Position numbers and translations under genes: made by a program. A stretch of 64,000 nucleotides of DNA from a virus: positions 2,557-66,556 of the IMG/VR virus record IMGVR_UViG_3300019877_000058, one strand, 5' to 3'. A model generated the notes under the pieces. The model searched no databases, was not told where the DNA came from, and saw only the letters and a program-made list of their open reading frames with translations. Every line of letters begins with the position of its first letter. The first letter of the stretch is position 1. Positions 57,951 to 64,000 of this stretch are shown here, piece by piece.

Positions 57951-59066
57951 TTAGTCGCCGAAGACTTCCCGAAGCCTGGCTTTGGACATGCCTGCCACTG
58001 CTTGATCGAAGTCATCTTCATCCATAGCCAGCAGTTTCGCGCCTGTCAATTGTTCCACGGGCGAGCCGCCGACGTTCGACAGTGAAAGCGCTGCCTCCGC
58101 ACCCTTGGCAGCGAGCGCGACTTGCTCGGTTACGGTCGGGATCGCAGGCTTGGCGACAGCTGCGGCCGCTGCAGGTTTTACAGCCGCGTCCAGTGCCGCG
58201 CCTGGCACAAGTGGCTGCGCTGCAGGCGGATCAACAACCGGCGCCGGTGGCGTAAAGCCTGCGGCCTTCGCCATCTCGAACAGCCGCTGCGCCGGACTGG
58301 CGTTCTCCTTCAGCGCATTGCGCACCAGGCCGCGCTCTTCCTTGACGATCTGCTGATCGATTTTGGTCTGATCGGTCCAGCCGCCGGCTTTGAGCTGCCC
58401 TTGCCGCAGCGTCAGCAGGAAATGGTAGGCGCGGCCGAAATTAGGCTCGGTGCTGGCGAACCGGTTGGCGTCCTGGCGATAGCTCGAGGCCATCTGGCCT
58501 TCGTCGCGTTCGTCCTTCCAGCTCTGCTCCAGGTTGGTGCGAGCTTCGCGCTCGCGGTCGATCTGGCGCTCCTGCCATTTGACGTATTCGAAGATGTTTA
58601 CTTCCGGATCGGGGCGCGGATCCTGGTCGACCACAGGCTCGGGAGCTGCCGGGGTGGTCAGCGCCTCGTTGATGATCTTGAGCCGCTCGTCGATGCGGGC
58701 GCGCTCCTCGGCGGTCTTGCCGTGCTTCAGCTCCAGCTCGTTGTAGCGCTGCTCCAGGCGCTGATACTTGTGGAACGAGACTCGTTTTTGCGGCTTGCCG
58801 GTGCCATCGAGCACGGCGGCGCCAGCAGCATCCTTGACGGTTTCGACGTCCGGATCGTCCGGCTCGCCTTGCGGCGCGGGCTCGGGCGCCTTCAGCGTGG
58901 CGTCGGCGGCTGGCGTGATCGTGGTCGGGGCTGGTTGCTCGAGCGGGTCGACCAGCTGCGTCGGCGAATCGACGTTGCTGCCGGGCGAACGCATCGCATC
59001 GAACTGAGCCTGCTCTTCGGCGTTGAGACCGCCGTCGTCTAGCGCGTTGTCGTCAGTGGTCGACAT
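57951..59066 (-). CDS. Scaffolding protein
   Basis: Acidic, Pro/Ala-rich, coiled coil; PDPEVNIFEYVKW; C-terminal L..MDEDDF; position upstream of the MCP. Confidence 0.85.
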   Translation of the reverse strand: MSTTDDNALDDGGLNAEEQAQFDAMRSPGSNVDSPTQLVDPLEQPAPTTITPAADATLKAPEPAPQGEPDDPDVETVKDAAGAAVLDGTGKPQKRVSFHKYQRLEQRYNELELKHGKTAEERARIDERLKIINEALTTPAAPEPVVDQDPRPDPEVNIFEYVKWQERQIDREREARTNLEQSWKDERDEGQMASSYRQDANRFASTEPNFGRAYHFLLTLRQGQLKAGGWTDQTKIDQQIVKEERGLVRNALKENASPAQRLFEMAKAAGFTPPAPVVDPPAAQPLVPGAALDAAVKPAAAAAVAKPAIPTVTEQVALAAKGAEAALSLSNVGGSPVEQLTGAKLLAMDEDDFDQAVAGMSKARLREVFGD

Positions 59067-59385
59067 GTGATGTCCCTTCTGTTCGGTTGATCATGGCTGC
59101 GATGGCGCACCATGTTTGATGGTCGATGACCCCCTCGACCGTGTCATTGTTGGGGGAAGTGCAGATGATGCGACCGAGAGGCGGCGCCTCCGCGGTCGAA
59201 GTGATCGAGAGCCGGAAGCCATCAAAGCTGCCGGCCACGACCTCATGCGGACGCTGGCGCAGTCCTTTTTCTTTTGGCGCCAGCTCCGGCTGGTCGAAGC
59301 GCATCCCGCTGATGTGCTTCGATGGCAGGTAGGCTTCGAAGAAATGCTGCAGCTGCCGGAACAGCAGCGTGCGCGCGTTCATCAT
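59053..59385 (-). CDS. Hypothetical protein
   Basis: 110 aa; TGATG overlap with the portal. Confidence 0.6.
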   Translation of the reverse strand: MMNARTLLFRQLQHFFEAYLPSKHISGMRFDQPELAPKEKGLRQRPHEVVAGSFDGFRLSITSTAEAPPLGRIICTSPNNDTVEGVIDHQTWCAIAAMINRTEGTSHVDH

Positions 59386-61751
59386 CAGGCCGTCGCTTTC
59401 ACCGGCGGCGCGTTGAGGTTCTCGTCGGTCTGGATCGGCTGCAGCGCGTCAGTGATCGCGCCGACCCGATCGCGATGAGCGGCGGCATGATCGCGCACCG
59501 CTCCGGCGTGGGTGGCGATGGTGTCGTTAGCGAGCGCTCCCATTTTCGCAACGTGATCAGTCTGCGCCTGCTGATGGCCCGACAGAGCATCGATCAGCTT
59601 GGCATGCGTGTCTGAGTGTCCGGTCGTGGCTTTGGCTTCGGAGGCGCGCGCTTCAGCGTCTGCCTTTCTCGCCTGCGCGGCGCTTGCCATTAGATCGAGG
59701 TGAGCCTTGAGCGGCTCGAGCTGCCCCTTTGCCAGTAGATGCTGCGCCATCGCGAGATCGTAGCTCGCGGTGGCTTGCGTCGCGCCTGCCTTGGCGTTGT
59801 TCATCTCGGCGATCGACTGATTCTTGTCGATCTCGGAGACCTCCTTGGCGATCAACAGCCGCTTCGCCGTCGCGACCTCGGCCTTCTTGGTCGGATCGTC
59901 GGAAGCTTCGGACACGAACGACTTGATCATCTCGACCAGGCGCGCCGGCAGCGGCGAATATTCCAGCATCTCCGCGAACACCTTCGGGTTCTGCATCAGC
60001 TGATCCTTGAAGATCGCGAGCAGCGGCTGGATGATCGCCCAGTTGGCTTCCTTCTGGTTCGGTGAGGTCGGGGTGTCGTCAACGATGGTTTCGTATTCGC
60101 CGAAGGTCTTGTCGCGCAGCAACGGCAGCGCCACCGCACCTTCCGGACCGACGACGCGGATCAGCCGGCCGTCGGAGAAATAGGTCTGCACGAAGTAGAG
60201 CCGGATGCGGCCGACCTGCTTTCTGAAGCGGCGCAGTGAATCGAACAGCGTTGCCAAGACCGTCATGCCGGCCTGCTTGCGCTGCGCCTCCAGGATACCG
60301 GGCTGATTGATGTCCTTCTGGCCCAGGAGCTCCAGGTTAATGCCGGTGCAGTCGCGGATCGAGGAGATCGCAAACTGCATCAGCTCGACATGACCCTGAG
60401 TGAAACCGCCGCCGGGCTTTGGCATGATCTTCGGGTTCGGACCCGACAGCGATCCTGGTGCGGCCCACACGATGGTGTCGGGTTGGGCCCATTTTTCCTC
60501 AGCGTCCTGCTGATCCTCGAACGCATCCTCCTCCGCCACGACGCCGCCCTTGGCGGTGGTGTTAAGGATGTGCAGCGTCTGGGACAGCCACTTGTTGGCC
60601 CACATCTGCGGGTCGCGCATGGTCTTGATCAGGCCGAACCAGTGGCCCTTGTTGCGATCGAGCTCGCCGGTGATGCAGGCCCAGGAGAACCGGCCCTTGA
60701 CCGGCGCGTCGCCGGATTGCAGCAGTTCGCCGCCGAGGAAGGCGCGCTTGTAGACCTTACGCGTCATCCGCGCTGCGGCCGGCATCACGTCCAAACCTGG
60801 AATATTCAGCCGCGCGTGGGTCCTGGCGGCATTGCGCACCATGTTCTGGTAGGCCGGCTCGGAGATCATCAGCTTCTTGCCGTTCTCCTCATCGGCAATG
60901 ACGTAGAACACCTCGCGCTCGAACCACTGCATCTCGACCAGCATCACCTTGGTGGCGTCGTCGTAATGGTCGTAGGCCGATCCGGAATCGGTGTTGCGGA
61001 TTCGCTTTTCCTCGATCGATCGCGGGGTCTTGTCGAGGTCGCCGCCGACCGCCCACACCGCGTCGAGCTGGACCCGGGTCTTGCCGGGGAATAGCTGCAT
61101 CGCGTCGCGCAGCGGCACTTCCTTGGCGCGCGCCAGGCGGCCGGCGCCATCCAGGTTCTTCTTGCGAACCGAATGATCCCAGTACATTTCCAGCGGATTG
61201 GTGGATTCTTCGATGTAGAGCCCGGCCGGATCGTCCTCGTAGGACAGCCGGTTCTCGGTCCAGCCCATGCCGCAGGTGGCGCAGTTGTCGAACGCCTCGC
61301 TCTCTTCGTCCTCGGCGTCGCAGCCCGCCGCCATCCATTTCGAGGCGGCCGACAACAGCTCGTTCGGCGCGGTCACCGCATTGTTGGAGGGCAGGTACTG
61401 GATCTCGTGACGGCCGTTGATCTCCATGCCGGCGACGGCTTTGAGGATCGTCAGCACCCGATTGAAGACGATGTGCGGGCGCTGCTGGGAGTTGAGCAGC
61501 GCCTTGTCGGTGTCGCTCCACTGCTCGCCGCTTCGGAAATCGAAATCGTTCTTGGCTTGGATGCGCCAGGGCGCGGAGTGCTCGGCGTCGGTGATGAACC
61601 AGCGCTTCAGGACCTCGAACAGGTCGATCGCCGGCAGCTTACTCGGGTTCGGCGGCACCTGCGTGCCCGTTCCCTCGATGCCACCGTCGGTGTGGATGGT
61701 CATGCCCGCGGCAGACTCATCCTGACGCTCGTCGAGCCCAGTTAGCGACAC
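59385..61751 (-). CDS. Portal protein (P22 gp1-like)
   Basis: DFDFR.GEQW......RP...FNR......V.G...A...GMGW...DPQ.WANK.LS...GIN.ELLG; helical C-terminal barrel. Confidence 0.95.
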   Translation of the reverse strand: MSLTGLDERQDESAAGMTIHTDGGIEGTGTQVPPNPSKLPAIDLFEVLKRWFITDAEHSAPWRIQAKNDFDFRSGEQWSDTDKALLNSQQRPHIVFNRVLTILKAVAGMEINGRHEIQYLPSNNAVTAPNELLSAASKWMAAGCDAEDEESEAFDNCATCGMGWTENRLSYEDDPAGLYIEESTNPLEMYWDHSVRKKNLDGAGRLARAKEVPLRDAMQLFPGKTRVQLDAVWAVGGDLDKTPRSIEEKRIRNTDSGSAYDHYDDATKVMLVEMQWFEREVFYVIADEENGKKLMISEPAYQNMVRNAARTHARLNIPGLDVMPAAARMTRKVYKRAFLGGELLQSGDAPVKGRFSWACITGELDRNKGHWFGLIKTMRDPQMWANKWLSQTLHILNTTAKGGVVAEEDAFEDQQDAEEKWAQPDTIVWAAPGSLSGPNPKIMPKPGGGFTQGHVELMQFAISSIRDCTGINLELLGQKDINQPGILEAQRKQAGMTVLATLFDSLRRFRKQVGRIRLYFVQTYFSDGRLIRVVGPEGAVALPLLRDKTFGEYETIVDDTPTSPNQKEANWAIIQPLLAIFKDQLMQNPKVFAEMLEYSPLPARLVEMIKSFVSEASDDPTKKAEVATAKRLLIAKEVSEIDKNQSIAEMNNAKAGATQATASYDLAMAQHLLAKGQLEPLKAHLDLMASAAQARKADAEARASEAKATTGHSDTHAKLIDALSGHQQAQTDHVAKMGALANDTIATHAGAVRDHAAAHRDRVGAITDALQPIQTDENLNAPPVKATA

Positions 61752-61791
61752 CCCAATTACCCCCGCCTGTCAGACCGGCAAATTTGCCGCT

Positions 61792-62298
61792 CTACTTGGC
61801 TTTCTTCGTCGGTTTCGGCTCGAGCGCCGAGAACCGTTTCTCCATCGCCTTGAGGGTACCCTCGAACTTAACGAGGAAGTCCATCAACGAGCCTGAGGGA
61901 GCCGCCCATTCCCCATAGATCCTACTGATCGTTTCGTCGAGGCTTTTGCGCACAACATCTAGATCCTTGCGAATCTGATTTAGGCGCGAAGGGTCGAATT
62001 TTTCGGGCTCCGAACCCCTAACATGGCGCCACGCCGGGTACTGAACCTCGTCCGAAAACTCCGGAACCGCCGACATTTCGACCGAGTCGTCGACCGCGTA
62101 GATCACCAGCAAACCCAGCGAGCGCTGGTCCCGCGCGTGGTACATCACGAGGGCGGGGAATTCCATCCGGCCGGAACGGCCCTCACCAGGCCGACAGAGA
62201 TACACCACGTTGGTACCGACATCGGGCAGCGTGGCCGCCTCGCCTCCGATCTGGTCGACCGCTTCAGGGTTCGTGGTTTGCAGGTAATGGCCCGACAT
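61792..62298 (-). CDS. Hypothetical protein
   Basis: P.VG..V.Y....PALV....L.L.V motif; C-terminal coiled coil. Confidence 0.7.
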   Translation of the reverse strand: MSGHYLQTTNPEAVDQIGGEAATLPDVGTNVVYLCRPGEGRSGRMEFPALVMYHARDQRSLGLLVIYAVDDSVEMSAVPEFSDEVQYPAWRHVRGSEPEKFDPSRLNQIRKDLDVVRKSLDETISRIYGEWAAPSGSLMDFLVKFEGTLKAMEKRFSALEPKPTKKAK

Positions 62299-62342
62299 GA
62301 GGGCTCCTTTCCAGGTTGGAAATAATATCCGCGGGCTCGGAA

Positions 62343-62771
62343 CTAGAGCCCCATGAACGGGTTTGCCAATTTGTCGCCGGCCTTGCTTGTACCCCCAGCA
62401 GGGAGGCGATGTTCCAGCACGGGGCTTGGCTCGGGGACCGATGCGGACCCGGGTTTGGTCTCGAGATTGGAGGCTGACGGACCGGTCGCTGCTGCGAGAA
62501 CAGCCCCCTCAGTGGTGGTGGCCGGTTCCTTCTTACGCACTTGGTCGCGCATCTGCAAACCCAGCGCCCTCACCTCAGTCTGGCCGTCGGAACTCATGTC
62601 ATGGGTCGGGGTCTGCGCCGTGAACTCCTCGCCGTCGGCCCAGCTGCCGATCAGAGTGATGATCTGCACCTGCTTGCCGTCGACACGGGAATAATCCATG
62701 AAGCCCTTGATGCAGCTGCCGGCGTCGCCGAGCGCCCGGTTGAACGCTTCACGGATTTGCTGCATCCCCAT
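62343..62771 (-). CDS. Hypothetical protein
   Basis: 142 aa in the operon chain. Confidence 0.6.
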   Translation of the reverse strand: MGMQQIREAFNRALGDAGSCIKGFMDYSRVDGKQVQIITLIGSWADGEEFTAQTPTHDMSSDGQTEVRALGLQMRDQVRKKEPATTTEGAVLAAATGPSASNLETKPGSASVPEPSPVLEHRLPAGGTSKAGDKLANPFMGL

Positions 62772-63192
62772 CGGATAGTACCTTTCGCGCGCTCGCCTTG
62801 TTCATCATCGGACCGTAGAGCGGGTGCGATAACTTGGTGGCGATGATGGACAGATGCCGGCGGCGCTGATTGCGGCCCCCGGCGTGGTCGCACAGATGAC
62901 GGTATTCGGCGCGGTGGGCAAGCACTTCCTCGGCGCAGCGAAAATTGATGTCCTCCATGTAGCGGACCCACCACATCGCGATGTTCGTATTCGCATCGTC
63001 CCCACGGGCGCCACCCGATTGGCGAGTACCATGAACCTGCTCATGCGCCATCAGCGCCGGCGAGACGTCGAGGCTGCCGGTGGGGATGTAAATCTTGTCG
63101 CCCCAGGAGAACAGGATCGGCTTGCCGAGAACATTGAATTTGGCGTCGATCAGATCGAACAGCGGTGGCCGCGCTCGAACGATCTTCATCAT
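62749..63192 (-). CDS. Zincin-like HExxH protein
   Basis: LMAHEQVH..RQ...FRCAEEVLAHRAEY. Confidence 0.7.
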   Translation of the reverse strand: MMKIVRARPPLFDLIDAKFNVLGKPILFSWGDKIYIPTGSLDVSPALMAHEQVHGTRQSGGARGDDANTNIAMWWVRYMEDINFRCAEEVLAHRAEYRHLCDHAGGRNQRRRHLSIIATKLSHPLYGPMMNKASARKVLSDGDAANP

Positions 63193-63467
63193 GGCTTTTC
63201 CAGCAGCATCACCAACAGGGCGACGACGTCGCTGAGATCGATCTGCTCGCGGCTCTTGGCCTTGATGGCGTTGAGCTTCGCCTGCTGCAGGAGCTGGTAG
63301 CGCTGGCCGACCAGCTCCCGCCAGTTCTCGGGCGCCAGCATCTCGCGCAGCTCGGCGACCTCGACCTTGTCGAGCTTACCTTCCAGGTAGGCCTTGCTGT
63401 AGCTGTCGATGTCGAGGGGAGCGCGTTCTGTCTGCGTCATGAAATCCCTCCTGATCATGCCGACCAT
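63189..63467 (-). CDS. Hypothetical protein
   Basis: Up to 92 aa; start may be at MTQ. Confidence 0.55.
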   Translation of the reverse strand: MVGMIRRDFMTQTERAPLDIDSYSKAYLEGKLDKVEVAELREMLAPENWRELVGQRYQLLQQAKLNAIKAKSREQIDLSDVVALLVMLLEKP

Positions 63468-64000
63468 GACGTCGGCCCACTGCCGACCGAATCGTGCCGG
63501 TGCTGCTTAGGCTGCCGCCGAATCCGGTCGGGGATCAAGCCCACCGCCCCGGTCATCAGCGCGTCGGCGATATGGCTGGCAAAGTCATGCACCGGATCTC
63601 CGGACCAGCAGGCGAGCGTCTTGTTCCACTTTTTGCGGTAGTTATCGAGGCCCTTGGTGCCGTCGCCGCAGTGCTCGCTGTCGATCCAGGTGGTCTGCAG
63701 GAAACGTCGCGCAGCCTCGATGGCGTCGGCCTTGTCTTCGATCCGCGGCACGATGACGAAGATGAGCCCGAGGTCTTTGGCGATCTCTTTCCTGGGCTTT
63801 GCCGCCTGGCTCGTCCACTCCCGCACTTCCAGATCGTGCGGACCGTAGTGCTTGCCGTAGATGAATTTGCGCTGCCGCTGCTTTTCGTGGAGCTGCTCGA
63901 CATAGTGCGGAAGACCCTCCCCGGAGTTCTGGTAGAAATCGATCAGGCGGTGGCGCACGCCATCGGTCTGGTGAAACCAGATGCAGTTTTCGTCATCCAT
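63455..64000 (-). CDS. terL: Terminase large subunit, C-terminal nuclease domain (5' end outside window)
   Basis: IWF.Q...IDFY.NSGEGL.HY...HYGPHD...GIEAAR-like...L.NY...P.HD.ASHIADA. Confidence 0.93.
   Translation of the reverse strand: MDDENCIWFHQTDGVRHRLIDFYQNSGEGLPHYVEQLHEKQRQRKFIYGKHYGPHDLEVREWTSQAAKPRKEIAKDLGLIFVIVPRIEDKADAIEAARRFLQTTWIDSEHCGDGTKGLDNYRKKWNKTLACWSGDPVHDFASHIADALMTGAVGLIPDRIRRQPKQHRHDSVGSGPTSWSA

Larger units (their letters stand above)
1..64000. mobile_element. Tailed dsDNA phage/prophage (podovirus-type, P22-like portal, N4-gp56-like capsid); extends beyond both window edges
   Basis: Terminase, portal, scaffold, capsid, tail, ejection, lysis, recombination and replication modules; tightly coupled ORFs with ATGA/TGATG overlaps; no run of host housekeeping genes. 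Confidence 0.97.

Noticed and set aside
1-64000. Stop-codon reassignment
   Set aside because: Standard code gives dense, coupled ORFs; TAG, TGA and TAA all terminate genes normally

Overview
The whole window (high GC) is one tailed dsDNA phage or prophage of podovirus type. Its host is probably a Hyphomicrobiales/Bradyrhizobium-like alphaproteobacterium, inferred from a GapR-like gene, a rhizobial-type outer-membrane protein and a Bradyrhizobiaceae-like P-loop ATPase. Minus strand, 64.0 to 34.8 kb: C-terminal part of the large terminase, P22-like portal, scaffold, N4-gp56-type major capsid, decoration and tail proteins, internal/ejection proteins (including a ~1390-aa multidomain protein), a virion lysozyme-like protein, three paralogous tail-collar fibre genes, GH108 endolysin, holin and an outer-membrane beta-barrel. 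Plus strand, 25.1 to 34.8 kb: early genes including ERF annealing protein, YqaJ/lambda-exo nuclease and a DEDDh exonuclease. Minus strand, 25.0 kb to 0: Cro-like regulator, GapR-like protein, RusA, replication initiator, split primase-helicase, DUF932, about 40 small accessory ORFs (Tad2/DUF2829, WYL, ParA/MinD-like, TerS-like, HNH), a second beta-rich and Pro-repeat virion cassette, and a Tad1/Acb2-like ORF. No integrase, CI repressor, tRNA, CRISPR array or reverse transcriptase was seen. Most unusual: (i) all three tail-collar fibre paralogs carry classical Sec signal peptides and even numbers of conserved cysteines, next to a phage-encoded outer-membrane barrel; (ii) a ~290-nt multi-hairpin non-coding element with a repeated TAATTCGAGAC motif; (iii) a 938-aa protein with 11 Trp/Pro repeats whose motif recurs at the C-terminus of a neighbouring protein; (iv) a probably injected polyvalent protein with peptidase-like and HhH-glycosylase-like domains; (v) two predicted immune-signal sponges. 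All family assignments come from motif recognition by eye, with no database searches. Several starts were trimmed from the supplied ORF track.
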